A stretch of DNA of 56,291 nucleotides, counting the filler, from Bipalium vagum (taxonomy: Eukaryota): the NCBI GenBank assembly GCA_037834085.1. It is 3 parts of 3 records of this genome, joined end to end, with 100 filler letters (N's around TTAATTAATTAA, not from the genome) between each part and the next. Parts side by side here need not be neighbours in the genome. Positions count along the whole stretch, not along the records: positions 22,886 to 39,137 come from JBBMKC010120279.1; positions 39,238 to 56,291 come from JBBMKC010080710.1; 1 more part is not named here. One strand, 5' to 3'. Under the pieces are notes generated by a model, which was not told the DNA's origin, searched no databases, and was given only the letters and a program-made list of their open reading frames with translations. Below are positions 31,001 through 45,886 of this stretch, piece by piece. Every line of letters begins with the position of its first letter. The stretch's first letter is position 1. Both the position numbers and the translations under genes were made by a program.

Positions 31001-33741
31001 CAGAACATTGACGGAATAAACATTCAAATTCAGTAGATAATTGCTTAATTTTTATCGATTTAATTTTAAAAATTTTAAAAACTTTTACCATTGAAGTTCA
31101 TATTTTTAATAGTTTATAATTAATTAAGATTATTCATCGTTAGTTTTAGAAAGGCATGTCATTACTCTTTAATCTTTTTCTATCTTTTCTTTTCCATTAT
31201 TACATATTATTACACATCACTAAATAATAATGATTTTTTGTATTTTTAAAACCAATTCTTAAAGTAAACTAATTATATTTTACTTGATCTGATCTTCATC
31301 GATAAAATATTATAGAACTTAAATATCTTTCTGTGCTTGCTAATATTATAAATTTCAATGTTTATTGACCAGATGGAATTCAAAGATTATATTATTTAAA
31401 TAGGTGTTTTCCTTTATTACGTAAATGAATCAATAAACAGATTGATTTAATTAATTTATGTATTTCAGTTAACCAAAAATGTTCAGAAAAAAATTATTCT
31501 ACGATATATATTAACAACACTATTTATAAAACAATCATCCTCAAATTTTGTATCACTAGGACTTCTTGATCTTCTGATCAATATTTAGTATCATTTCACT
31601 TTATTTCGTACTTTGATACGAGCTTTACATATAAGTAATCAATAAGTTCCAGGGATAACAATTACTAATGGTTAAATTTCTTATTTATGTAATTATCAAA
31701 TTATATTAATTTAAATCATTAGCTATCAAATCAGAATTTGAAAATATATATTTAAGTTTTTTATGTATGAAAATATTTATAAAAATAAGTTTTATGAAAA
31801 CTTAAAAATCAAGGAAAGTTTTTTCTTTCACATTGACAATCTCTTATCAATTATCAATTGTAAATTGATAATGATGATGTCTATAACGTATTCATTTACA
31901 TTGAATAACACAAAAATCATTAAAGATCTTAGATGATTGATTATTCGTTTGATTTGGTAAATATATTGACCTTATCAGTTCGTCTTAAATGATCTTAGAT
32001 TAACTCTTGAAATGTTTTTCCTTTATTAATATGGATTTCTTTTTTAATAATATAAAATGAAAATCATCTGCAAATGATAAAAGAAAACAGTTTCACAGTT
32101 TTTCAATTATTTCTTATTTCGTTACACAATGTTTATAAGAAAGATTTATAAATAATGTATTTTTTTAATTATTATTTTAAGTCGAAAAATTTAATCGTTT
32201 AAACAAGGTTTTTTCTGATTTGCTTATTAACTTATTTCTTAGTTTTAGGGATATTAATTTCGGTTTACATGAATAATATAGTATGTCGCATTTCATTCAT
32301 AGAAATTTTCTAGATTAAAAAATCAATAAATGTATACTCGAATTAATTATTTTACAATATCTTTAAATAAATAGTCTTAAAAATGTTCTATTTTATTACA
32401 TTCGAACCGTTTCCTCTCTTTTTTTAAAGAACTCTGGACATGTTTATAAACTTCACATTAAATAAGATAATAAATTATATTTATATTGATGTTATTTTTA
32501 ATAATAGTGTGTAAAAGTGCTTAATTTATTATACTATTCAATATTTAGCATTAAACACCATTTAAGTACCATATATAAATACAAAAATGAAGTTTAACTA
32601 ATGATAAATAATAATAATCTATTCAATTTTTGGATCACATTATTAGAAAAAATTATTTCAAATTAATTTTTTAAAAATAATAGACAGCAATAAAGATTAA
32701 AAAATATTCAGAAAGAACATTTCCTTTATACTATTATTTTTCACTTCTAAAAAAGGTCATCTTGGTTTTAATATTAATCCTTATCCAAGTTTCCTTTTTC
32801 AAAATCAATATTGCCGCGTGTTCCGTCAATATTTACCATAAGTACATAATATCATAGTTGTGTAATCATGTACTTATTAGTTATGTAATTATATTACAAA
32901 CGTCCATCACTTTCAATGTATTATTTTAGGATTACTTCACTACCATTTATGATACAGAACTCGTTAAGAGAAATATATTTCCAGTTATTATAAAAACTTA
33001 CACGTATTATTTATCTATTTGGTGAACTTTGTTATATCAGTCTTAATCATAAGAATCCATACCTCTTTAAATGAATCTTTTTAGCAAAGACAATTTTTGA
33101 CTCAGTCATTAGTTTAATAATGATTTTTTATATTACTGTTTCAAATGGCATATAACTTTAAAAGTTCTAATCAATGTTTTTCTTTTATATGTTATATTCT
33201 TTTAAGTTTGGGCAAATTATAAATATTAAAAATAAATCAATTACCCGTTTCGTAACTTTAAGGTTTCAATTATCGATTTTTATTTCTCTAAAAATTAAAT
33301 AAAATAATATTTACCGTTTACACTTATTTGTATTAGGAAATATGGTGTTTTTGCTTTATATTAACTTGTAAAGATATATCTACATTTCTATTTCAGAATT
33401 CCAAAGAATCCCAATTGAAGGTTATTGTATCAGATGTATCAGTACATATCATTAAAACCGTCAATGGAGAATCCAACTTGCTCAAAAATTATCCTTTATT
33501 AAATCTTAGTTCTCCACCAATCAGTGTTCAATCAAAATCATTGACTTCTTCCTCCCCTTATAGTAAAAACTCGGTGTACATTAATTTCAATTATAATCGA
33601 GAGGCATCAGAATATCTATCTACTTCAAGACCACCGTTTAAGTGTGACACTGTTCTGTTGGCTAAGCAATTGGTAAAGTTGGTTTGTGAAGCCCATTGTG
33701 ATTATCTGGAGAGACAAATGACTTACAACAATAAATCATAA
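25080..33741 (+). CDS. VPS13D: VPS13 family lipid-transfer protein, C-terminal part (5 exons; 5' part absent)
   Basis: Exons 25080-25664, 25722-26013, 27953-28407, 28466-28780 and 33337-33741 (alternative in-frame acceptor at 33397) join in frame (2052 nt). Motifs: RPGSGEVLVSVITDGPTRVLRL, IQIDNQL, SQAMKIFGSVDFLGNPIG, KGIVGVVTKPVGG. RPGSG, GSVDFLGNP and the ricin-like stretch point to the D paralog. AATAAA at about 33862. Confidence 0.88.
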
Positions 33742-34421
33742 TCGATTCCTATATATATCTGCCTAAAATTATTTTTCAAATATATTTTCATAGTCTGATT
33801 TATTAATATATTATTATCGCTAGTATTATTTAATGTTTTAAAGTCATTTATTTTCAAGAGAGAATAAAGAGTTTAAATACAGAAAGTTTTAAAAAATAGT
33901 TATTTTTGTTCATAAATTTTCCAAATAAAATGTTCGGTTTGAAATAAAATTCAAATATTTCTAATTTTAATTTAGGTCAATTTTTTTAAAATAGGTCAAT
34001 TTAATTTATTATTGATAACTAGAAATATTTACCAGACATAATGAAAGACAAATATAATATGTGCAGTGTACTGAGTTTTGTATTTTTCATTTTTTTTAAA
34101 TTTTGAAAATTTGAATTTCTTCATTTAAATATAATTTTTTTAATTCTTTATTACAGAATGATTTATTTTTATTAAAAAAAAAGTAATTTAAATTACCTTA
34201 TTAAATTCTAAAGATTATTTATAAATTGTATGAAAAAAGATTTTTAAAATTTGTTTAAATGTTTCAATTAATCACATATATTTTGGTCATCTGATTGTGT
34301 GTAATATTTATATATAAGTGGCCATATTCAAATAGTAAAGTAAAAAATTTCAGGTATATTGTGTAATTTGCTTGAATATTTAAATTGTGATTTTGAACAA
34401 TTTTAGTTTTAAATTAATGAA

Positions 34422-35619
34422 ATGGTTAACGAATGTATACCAATGTATAACAATGATTTTGTCATTAATTGTTCTAAGTCACATCGTAAAGAACGTTCTG
34501 TGGCTCTTTCAGGAAGTTCAAGTGATAGCAATAATAATTTTAAAAATCAGAACCGCAGAAGTAGACACCAAACTTCTAAAACTTATCAAAACAATCCCTA
34601 TGATATTCAAAATTATAATTCCAGAAATAATTTTTCTCGACCATTATCAGATTCATCAGTTATGAACATTTTCGCCGACAATTTACTAGAAGGGATGAAG
34701 AAGCTGCGTGAATTTTCAAAAATTAGCGCTGTGGTCGCTATTGACACGGAATTCCCTGGTGTTATTGTCAAACTACACCAAGATTATTCAAATGTTTTAG
34801 AGTGGCAATATTCAAATGTTAAAATTAATAATGACTTATTAAAACCAATTCAAATTGGATTCAGTTTCTTTGATGAAAATGGAAATTCTGCTGGAAGCCA
34901 TTCTACAATACAATTCAATTTCAAATGGAACACAAATACAGACATGGGAAATAATGAATCATTAGACCTTCTCAAACGATCTGGTATTGATTTTATTCAG
35001 CTTGAGAAAAATGGTGTAGATCCTGAGTTATTTGCCGAATTATTTCTAATCACCGGTTTGGTTATGAATGAAAATCTTACTTGGGTTGGATTTCACAGGT
35101 TAGCCTTTTTTAGTTTCTCGAATTGGTTAATTTATCAGTATCTTATGTAGTAATCACGATTGGGCTTACATTCTTAAAATTTTAACTGGGTGGAAAGAAA
35201 TGCCCAGTAATTTCGCAGATTTTTCAAAATTGTTGCAGATTTACTTTCCAAAAACAATAGATCTCAAAACTTTGATAATAATGAAACAGATTCCCAATTG
35301 TGGGTTACAGGACTTATCAATGATGCTAAAAGTAAAACGACAAGGATGTCAGCACCAGGCCGGTAGTGATTCCCGACTAACAGGAGAGTCATTCTTTAAA
35401 TTTGTTGAAAATTATTTTGATAATGAAATCAAAGCCGATTGGTATAATTTAATTTTCGGCATGAATTATTCAGCAAACAGTTCTATATATCCCGTTACAC
35501 AATCTCCTGTCGATCATCTTGAAAACTCGTCAACCACTGGATCTTCAAGATCGTCTCCCTTCGGTGGCAATGCCACACAAGACGACGAGAGCAACTCAAA
35601 TAATGATGAATCGAATTAA
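34422..35619 (+). CDS. CNOT7: CAF1/POP2 (CNOT7/8-like) DEDDh poly(A) deadenylase, 381 aa, 2 exons
   Basis: Exons 34422-35098 and 35151-35619 (52-nt GT-AG intron). Motifs: AIDTEFPG, IQIGFSFFDENG, QFNFK, SGIDF, WVGFHSNHD, HQAGSDSRLT. Confidence 0.92.
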
Positions 35620-38027
35620 CGTTCCCAGAATGTGAGACAGAAGCAAATATATTGGATATGCTCCAATCTCTAGATGCTAACCAACAAAGAAACTAAGATG
35701 TGTAGTAGCGTAGTAAAATTGTAAATAAATTCTATATTTTCCATTTATATGGCTGTGCTGCTGCGCAATCGTATTCTCTGGTCGTTATCGTGCTTCTGTT
35801 GAGTCTTCTTGTTTTCACCATTTGTATCTGCCCAAAAACTTTCGAATTTTTTCTTACTCTGATTTCGTATCATGCATGTTTATTGTATAAAATGACTCCT
35901 TCATGTCATCAATTTTTATTAATGTGGTCCGTTTTGCAAGTGACAAATAAGTCAAAGGTCAGATTTTTGCCATTTTCCGATTAATAGTAATCATTTTCCT
36001 TGTTTGCGGCTTTTTGTCTATCGTATTTTACATTCTTAAAATAATGTTGGACATTAATTGTATCGAACTAAATATGGCTTGTTATTGCTTTACAATATGA
36101 TAATCAATTTCTGTGATAATATTATTAATAAAATTATTTATAATATTAATTAAAATATAAATACACGCATTGAGATTTTAATTCAAATTGGTATTTTTTT
36201 TGAAAACGTGTAAATAACTAGACAAAAATTAATTGTTTCGCAATTTTGCGTATTAAATTGTCGTCCTCCCCATATGCCTGGATTTTAAAAATGAGTTTTT
36301 GAATTGTTTTATATCGAATTTAGAAAATGAAAATTTGATTTTTTTGTAAAATTATTGTTTGTAAAGAGATTCGAAATGTGATTAATGAAAACATCATTAT
36401 CTTCGTTTTTGTGTGAATTTGGTGAGTGTCAGGGTGAAATATATTTTATTAATGATTGATGATATATCTATATAAACGACAGCTCATTTCTGTGGTGCAT
36501 CTGTATTAAAATAGATATTTTAAAATTTCACTTTTTATCAGTATAAGATTTTATTTTTTTATTGTATGATGTTTGAAAAAATGTTAGCATTATATGTATT
36601 AATAATTCTTTTTTTTTGTTTATTCTAAAAATGCCATTTGCTTATTTCCCAATTTTATGCAGGGAAGTCTTGTTCTTGGGATTAATGATTGTGATGCTTA
36701 AAAATCCGTTGATGCATTTGTTATATTAATGTGAAAGCCTAACCAGTGCTATTTTCGTCGTAAAGTAATTTTGCTGTTTTGTTCCTTTAAATTGTAAATT
36801 TGTTGCTATGTAAAAATTCTTGTGTATATTTTGGTCTCAATAAAATTTGCCTTATCATTCCTATTCTGCTCTATTTCAGTGTAGGTGTGAGGAAGACTAT
36901 TTGAAATTATTTTCTTTGCCTTTTCTAGGATAGTAAAATTTAAATATCCGTAGAGATATTTGTTGCTTTGTTTTTTACTGTTTTATTAAGTACAAAAGAA
37001 AAGTCATTAATGATAATTAACAAATGACATAATTTACTCTACAAATAGAATTATTGATTATTCTTGTGCGCGTATTAAACAAATTCAGAAAAGAAATAAT
37101 GCATGCTGAAATTAACAATTTCAAAGTCGATTGATATTAAAACTGAGGACTTGATTAAATTGTCATGGTAAAATTTGTTTTGATTTAATTGTGGAATAAA
37201 TATTTTGAATTAATTTCAACTGGTAAATTTGACAATTGGAGATTTTAATTTTTTAATTTGCCAAAATTAAACAATTTTAATATTTATACCTGACTTTAAT
37301 TAAGTTTTATCTTTTTGGCACGAATCAATATTTGTTTAGGCTTTTGAAGTTATTTTTGATTCTGAAATATCGATTCGTGTATCAAAGTTATATTACGGAT
37401 TGAAAAAATTTTTATCGATTTACCATTATATCATAATATGAAATAATAAAAGGAAAACGTTCTAAATATTGTATTATATATTAATATTTAATAGTATTAT
37501 CTAAAAAGACATTTTCAATCAATAAAAGAACAATAATTTTAAAGTTTTTATATAAAAAGTCGAGGTACCTCAGTATACACGATAGGGTTGCTTTAAGAGA
37601 TTCAGAAATAATGAATTTTGAAAATACTAACCAAAACATACGTTCGATCTTACTTCAAAGATCTAATGGTTGGGTGCAGAACAAGAAATTATTTAACAAT
37701 TTAGAATAATAAGTAAACTCATTCATTACAAGATATTGCTGGGTCTAAAATTTTTATTTGAGAAAAATTTTTTCGTGTTAACAAAGTTGTGTTAAAAGGA
37801 TTGATTATAGGCCAATATCTAGAGGCCTTAGAGGACAAAAATGATTTCGATTTATTAGTCATTTCTTGTTAAGCGTTTTCGTTTTAAACGTGTACGGCTG
37901 CATTTAGAAAGTTGCAATAGGAGTTCAACATTGCCTTAATCTTCATCATTTTTTTATATAAGTATGTAGTATTATGTACTATAATTTTATATTTTCTTAA
38001 GTAGGTAGTAGTAATATTATTTTATAA

Positions 38028-38965
38028 TTTTTTGGGTTATCCAAGGGCACATACCTGTTAATCCTTGTAAAAAGTAGCTGTTAAAGATCGCAAGTATCTG
38101 GAATATTTAATTATTTAAACCGCAAAATAATAATACTAAAAATACTAATTAGATATTAATTAAAAAGTGCAAATGTTAATTGTAAAAATATTAATAATAA
38201 AATATTAATTTATCATTTTCCAAAAATGGTCTAAAAGGGGAATTGACATTCCTCATTAATTAAGCTGGTGTACTACTAACCAGAATAGTTTAAAAGGATT
38301 TGGAATCCGCAGTGAATTGTCAGAAAAACTAGACTGAGAAAAATTGGTGAAGCATTCTATTGCAACTATCAGAAACCATTGGAAATGTTTAAAACTGTTG
38401 GTAACGTCGGAACATATTTATCAAAAGATTTCGGTACACAATTCTTATGCCTTCAATTATGTCCTGAGTTGTTACGGGTTTCTGAGCGAACCGGATCGGG
38501 CTCAGAAAACGACCCTTTGGAGCCGTCGTCAACAGGATCGGTGAGAGTATCATTGTTTTTCTTTTTACTTTTCTGTTTAAAATTAACATATAACTTTACT
38601 ATTTTATCGAAAGTTTGATTTAATTTATATTACGATTTATATTACGATTATATGTACATGATCGATTGATTATTATTTTTTATTTTTGATTTTGTAGCAT
38701 TTGGTGAGACATTTTACTTTTACGATTGTGTGATTGTGGTTGTAATTGTGATAATTCAAATAAAGTGTTATTTGTAGTTGTTTTGATTCATTCATTTGCG
38801 AACACGTTTTGACAGAAATGAAAGGGATTAGTAAACTTTACAAGGTAAGTGTTACGACAAGGTTCATAGTAATTTAACAGCTTAATACTGTGGAGACTAC
38901 GACAAATACAATCAAAACCTCGAAACCCTCTTCCAAAGACTGATCCTGCAGATATTCAATAGACT
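38028..38965 (+). repeat. Dispersed LTR-like repeat, copy C (possible solo LTR)
   Basis: Begins TTTGGGTTATCCAAGGGCAC and aligns with copy A. It has an internal AATAAA at about 38759. The 3' boundary is approximate. Confidence 0.45.
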
Positions 38966-39137
38966 ATAATTTTGTGATTTTTGTGATCAATAACTTTAAA
39001 ACTTTATTTATAAATCATTTGTGTGTGCATGATGAATTTAGCTTTATTTATTATTTTTTATTATTGTTGTTATTGATTAGAAAAGGTGCATGCGCATTGA
39101 AAATTTAAAATATATTTATTGAAAAACTGTTTTGATT

Positions 39138-39237
39138 NNNNNNNNNNNNNNNNNNNNNNNNNNNNNNNNNNNNNNNNNNNNTTAATTAATTAANNNNNNN
39201 NNNNNNNNNNNNNNNNNNNNNNNNNNNNNNNNNNNNN
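39138..39237. other. Artificial scaffold spacer (44 N + TTAATTAATTAA + 44 N)
   Basis: Same 100-nt structure as 22786-22885. Confidence 0.97.
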
Positions 39238-39306
39238 GTCAATTTTTGTTTTTAACGCATATTTCTCGTTAAAAATCAAGTGTCCCAATACTTTTGCACG
39301 GTAGTG
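39238..39306. mobile_element. Tc1-like transposon terminus at the contig start
   Basis: GTGTCCCAATACTTTTGCACGGTAGTG (reverse complement CACTACCGTGCAAAAGTATTGGGACAC, a Tc1-type TIR) followed by a (TA)n run. Confidence 0.55.
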
Positions 39307-39319
39307 TATATATATATAC

Positions 39320-39545
39320 TTCGGGTCTCCGTACATTTTGGTATCTACCATCCTCGCTACGTCTCTATAGGTCCTGACGGTATTGACCTGATCAGACTGT
39401 TTCTGTCGAATTCCATATATTAATTTGATTAAATTCTCCATTTCTTCTCCAAACTTCCTCCATTCGATCTCCTTCTCGATTTCTGGATCTTTTATGCACC
39501 AAACAAACGCTTTTTTCAAAAACCTTTCCTTTGTCATTTCAATAT
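39320..39545 (-). mobile_element. Probable LTR-retrotransposon gag fragment
   Basis: FLKKAFVWCIKDPEIEKEIEW...VNTVRTYRDVAR resembles the gag C-terminal segment that precedes the zinc knuckle. It is an isolated fragment. Confidence 0.4.
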
Positions 39546-40369
39546 CTTATGGACGTTTAAGTTTATTTTTAAATTTCATTCATACTTCTTAAATATTTTA
39601 AATTAATTAAAATAAACAACTAAAAAATTCAAAAGGTCTGATTAGCCTCCTCATATCCACATACAATAATGCTTTTTAAAATAAATTTAATTCTTACTTC
39701 TGTATTCGGTTTTCAATTAAAATGTTTTAAATAAATTTTATCATTGATTTTAAAAATATTTACAGAAATATTATTTTGTTTATTAAATTTTTAATATCAT
39801 TTATTTTAAATGAAGTTTGATTTATCTAAATTTAATTCATTTATATATTTTTCATATTTACAAAACGATTAGAATTAATTTTTACAGTACATAAATGTGC
39901 TTTTTACATATTTTACGCATTAAATATTTCTTCCAATTTCTCAATTTATTTTTATAATTATTACTTAGCATATGTAAAATTATTTTTATTGTAACCCTAA
40001 TAAAATCCACACTGTCCCCAAAAGGTCTCAGCCATTTCCATTTTACTTTCCACACAACAATTATTGTAAATTAAAAAAAATATAAATAATTGAAAATAGT
40101 AGAAACTTCGGCACAATTAAAGCAAATAAATTATATATTTATTATCAATAATTTTTTACAAATTAAGAACATCACATATCAATCAAAAATTCACATTTTT
40201 TTATTTCAGTTTTTAGGAATTTTATTGAAATTAATAACCGAACAAAGAAAAATTTATTTTCGAACACAAAATCCTATTAGAACAATATATAAACCTATAT
40301 TAGTTAATAAGATTAAAACAAAACAAATGAAAAATTAAACTGAACGCATAGAGCCAATTGGACTAATAA

Positions 40370-43300
40370 TTAACCCCACCAACTTGCCTGAGCTGAACCA
40401 CCTGGAGGTTGAGCTGTTTTTACTGAAGTCCGAATAACTCTTTGACCAGGAGGTAAGGCCTCTGATTTAAAATTATTTTTTTCATTTACAAAAATAATTA
40501 AAACCTTTTATGTCTTCTTTTGGTCCACCTCTTTTATAAATGTCTGCATTTACCATATGAGAATATAACACATATTTTTCTTCTTTGTTGTTGCTATTCA
40601 GATCAATTACAGGGCCTTCATAAGGTTCCCTTTCAATATTCTTTTCCAGTTCATGTGAAAGTTTATGATTAATTAAGCGCTTTTGAAAATATGAATTCAT
40701 TGAATCGGAACTGGAGCAAATAAGTTGACCGGATCCTTTTTCGGCAATTAATTTTCCGGTGTGATCTAAAACTACTTCTCCATTAATAATAACAACTTTA
40801 GGACCACTATGGCAAGAGATATTTTCAAATACATTAATATCTCCTGACTCATAATGTTCATGGGATATATCGTCTGCACTCCAAATAACAATATCTGCGT
40901 CAGATCCTATGGAGATAGAACCTTTTTGAGGATAAAGATTTGCGACCTTTGCAGGAGTGGTGCTCACACAATCCACAAATGTTGTTGGTTCCATTATGCC
41001 ATTTTTCTAATAATTATGTAAAAATTTTCAGGGCTTATTTAATTAATTTTAAAATTAATATATTGGTCACACTATATTATATCCCCGTTTTATTTTGGAA
41101 AATTTTATGACTGGAAAATAGATATAGTGTTACATAACATTATAATAAAATTACCTAAAAATCTGTAATATCATTTTTAATAATTCTACTTAGATATATA
41201 GCCCTTTTTTTAAAATTTAAAACTAATACTTATAAATAATTAACCTTTAAATATTTTATTTAAAAAACCTAATTTAATAACTAATCAACTAATAACTTAA
41301 TAAATAACAAATGCTTATAATTAATTAATTATAAAATATATCTTAAATAATTTTTAAAAAAGATATTATATATAATTAAATAAAAATGATATATTTAAAC
41401 AAAACTAGATGACCTTCATTTTTTAGTGAAATTTATACTAAAAATTAACCTAAATTTTAATTAAAAAATCTAATTTAACTTACATAAAACTTTAATTTAA
41501 TTTAATTAGGCTTAATTTTTTAAAATTCGTTTATATAATATTTTGCCCGAGTAACTGTAGGGCAAATATTTAAATTTATATAAGTAATTTTAATTTATGT
41601 ATTTTTTAATATTATTATTATTTATTATTATATCAGGTAACGAACTAAGTTTTTTTCGTTTTTTAATTAAAAACTAAATTAAGAATGAAGTTAAATTTAA
41701 TTTATTAATCCTAAAACATTATTAAACAATTAATTATCCAGATATTCTCCATCTTTTTCTATTATTGTCCCCCATCTATTTAGAAGTTTATTGATCCCAG
41801 TATTCAAGAAATCTCGATCTTTTGAATGAAAGAAAGAAAGTACTTCATTTTTTATACCTTCGGAACTTTTAGAATTTTTACCCATCAAGTGATTCTGTAA
41901 TACCCGGAACAAATAAAAATCGGATGGGGCGATATTGGGACTATATGGCGGATGTTCCATTAGAGTCCAGTTTAATTCCTGAATAACCTTCAGTGTCTTC
42001 ATTCATTTTTGAGACTTGGCATTATCTTGGTAGAAAATCACTTGTTTTCGGTTTATCAAACTGCTCCGGTTTTCCTTCATAATGGCACGAACTCTTCTTA
42101 GCATGTCACAATAGACATCAGAATTAATGGTTTCCCGGATTTGAGAAACTCCTGATAGATAATTCCACGAGAATCTCACCAAATGCATAAAAGAATCTTA
42201 TTTCGTGTAGGGTTGCGTTTTCCAATTTTTTGCGGAGGCTTTCCTTTCAACTACCACGATCTTCGTCTGGTTATGTTGTTATGATAGATCCACTTTTCAT
42301 CCCAAGTGACTATTCGGTCGAGAAAAGGATCACTTCGGTTTCCTTCGTGATGTTTTGAACAAATTTCATTGCGATATAATTTTTTTCAGTTAGTTGGTGG
42401 GTAAAATTTAAATCGGTAGATAAATGAGAATTCCAGGGGCTAACAAATTTAAACAACTGAAAAAACGAATAAACTTAGTTCGTTACCTGATATTATGTTA
42501 TAGTAACACTATATCTATCCCCCAGTCATTAATTTTTTCAAAAATAAAATTGGGGATATACTATAGTATAAAGCCTAAATATTTTAAAAATTCTTGACAA
42601 TTATCAAATGTATTATAAAATATTAAAATTATAAAAAATAATTGTAATTTACTAAATTTGAATTGCTTACTGCTATTTAAGTAAAATGGGATAATAAAAC
42701 AAAGTTTATTTATATTAAAATTTATCAGAAGTGTAGTATGCAAAAATCGAGAAACTTATGAGCCACATTAATATTAACTAAGAGTCACGATTTAATAACT
42801 GACACTATGAGATTGGTGGTTATTATATTGATGAATGAAAACAATTAATTGGAGACATAAAATGCATTTAAAGATCTTTAACATTATCTTATGAGCCTAA
42901 AAATTCTTGAATAAGTAGAATAGAAAGGGAGCTCTTTCATACAAAAACCTTCAACCACTTAGATTTATTTTTATATTAAGTAATGGATAAAGATTAAATA
43001 AATAAAATAATTATTGACTACTATCAGATGGGAGCTGAAAAAATACTTAAGGCAGGAAAACTAACGGAGATCATATTTTATAAGTAGAATAAAAAAGGAA
43101 AATCAATGACATTAATAAATAAGGGTATTAATATAAAAGTTCCAAAGAAATTAAAAATCAATCAAAATACAGATGATTGTAAAAAAAATCGGAGATGAAT
43201 ACAAAGTATAATCAGAAGAGAAAAAAGAGATGATTCCTAGAGATTTAGAATGACTTGAATTTTGAGAAACTATAACAAAGTTTATCTAGCTCAATAAAGG

Positions 43301-45829
43301 TAAATAAAAATGCATAATATTTTCTGTTAAAATCTTAAAATATCAACAAATAAAATTATTGAGACATTAAATAAATTTAATTTTAATATTTAACAAATAG
43401 AAATATTGTAAACATTTGATTGCAAATAAGATCATAATAAGATATATATATAATTTTAAAACCAATTTCCATAACCTTTCCGTAAAACAGCCTAAAATTA
43501 AAATTTTTTTTCTTTAATAAAATGTTTCTGCTGATTTTCCATTGTTTTAGAATTTAACAGATCACTGTGGAAATTTTATTATTGAATAGTAATTTACAAA
43601 GATTTTCTAATTTTACAAATATATTTATTACAAAAAATTTAATTAAATTCTGTTTAGTCCCGTTTTGTTTTAATGGACTAGTTACTTTAAAGATGAAATA
43701 AAATCTTCTATTTTTATTTTATATATATTAAGTTATTAATTTTTATCTAAATAATTTATTAAAAAAATAAAAATCCTCTGCAGAGTTACAAGTATTGGTT
43801 GTTACAAATTTTATGTTGTTAGAATGAGAATAATATATATCTAATTACAGGAATATAATGAGTCCATTATATCCAAAAATAGAAGATATATTCAATATCT
43901 TTCAGAAACTTGATTAATGTTAAAAAGAAATTACCCGTAACCAAAAAACATCAAACAAATCATTTATTTGAAAAACATTGATTTTTGGAATGCATTTATA
44001 TCACTGTTAAAAAAAGCAAATAATTGAACAGGTAATTTTAAATTATTTTTGACAAAAAGTATTTTTAATATTTTCCTACCAGGCAGCATCTTTTTCGCAT
44101 TATCAATTTTTATTTTACCAACTATATCTATAACCTTAAAATTTCTAAATAAATTGTTATGTTTATTACAATCAATAATTGAAGCCCTGAAGAGGGCTCT
44201 TCACATTCTCATTAACAAAAGTTAAAAATGTATAAAAAATTCTAAATAGCCAATTTAAACAAAACGGGTCGAACCGAATTTCAACCAAAAAAAATATAAA
44301 ATAAGTTTAAACATTCGTCATGATAAGAATAGTAACAAAATTATAATTTTCATTCGCACAAATCTGGTTCAATTATTCAACCTTATTTAATGAAATATTT
44401 ATAAAAATAAATACCACAGCTTTATCCCAAAGTATCTTCATTCGATATTGAACCCCATTAGTTCCTGGAATTATGCATCGAAAATCATTCTTGCCAGTAG
44501 CTTTATGATTCATATTAAACACCAGATGAGATGAAGCAAGATGGTCTATCTTTTTACTAGCTACCATTTCCAATAAATCAGTACATTTGAACTCGTTTTT
44601 CTTATTCATTTTAAGAGAGGGAATTGTAACGAATGATGCAGCTACTTTCCAGCTAGAGTCCTGATACTTCTCAGCATTGTGGACGACTGCTACTATACTA
44701 GTCCCACATAAAATTGTATTTGAACTTTTATGTTTATGTTCCATAATCATATCAATGGATTTACTGCCATATACTCTACCGAAATGAATTGGACATTTGG
44801 CAACATCTGCAATGTTTAGAACACGATATAAAGCCTCTTCTTCAACCTTAATAAATCAAAATATTATTTGAATGCCAATTATTATTTTATTAAAATTTAT
44901 TATACCAATTATATTTTGGCATGTCTACTTTATTTTAAATATCACACATTTATATTTATTTAATATAATGGCTTTTTTTTCACAGAAAATTCTTCATTAT
45001 TAAATAAATGATTGACAAATCAAAAATCGCTAACTCAACTGACAGTCGTAAGTAAATGATAAATATATGTTTAAAAGTTGGAAGCTCAATTTACATTGAA
45101 TTTTAATGAAAAATATTTAAAATAATTAATATTAAATTAAATTATTAAAAATGTTGGTTTCTCAAAAAAATCCAAACATAAAAAAGATAATTTTAAAATA
45201 ATATATTAATTAACCAATAAAATTTAAGGATTCTGATAACTTTAATTTTTTATCATATTTTCATTCAAAATTTTTTTATTCACTTTATTTATTTAACCTG
45301 AAAACCTAATTTAATTTAATGATGAAAATATAAAAACATCCTTTAAAATGGATTATTTTTAATAATAATAGTGTTTGATACAAATTATAATTATTATTAC
45401 CCCTTTCCATTATTATATTATTATTTTAAATAATTCACGTAGACTATTTCAATACACTGGTGATGATCAATAAACATCTGTTAACGACATTGAAGTTGAG
45501 AAATTATGTCAAATTCATCTATCCAGGTGATTCAGTAAACCCACTTAGAATAAACAACGAAATGGTAACATTAAAAAAAACTTAAAAATAAATTATTGAA
45601 AAGAAATTTAATAAACATCATTTTAAATAATAAATTTTATAAATTGACCAAAGTGAGGAGAACCTTAATCAATTTGAATGTGTCGATCATACGTATTATA
45701 ATAATAAAAATAAGAAACAAAATCAATTTAATGAAAATATCGAAGTAAAGATAAAGTTAAAGTAAAAAACTCAGTTTAATGATGAAATATGAAATAAATT
45801 ACACTTTAGATTATTTAATTTTTTGATTG

Positions 45830-45886
<57 letters not shown>

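Noticed and set aside
42850-43300. A-rich, coding-like intronic stretch (possible Polinton or other TE relic)
   Set aside because: No diagnostic motif recoverable by eye.
44183-44200. GCCC-TGAAGA-GGGC mini-hairpin containing CTGAAGA
   Set aside because: No downstream GAAA or stem architecture of a hammerhead; likely chance.
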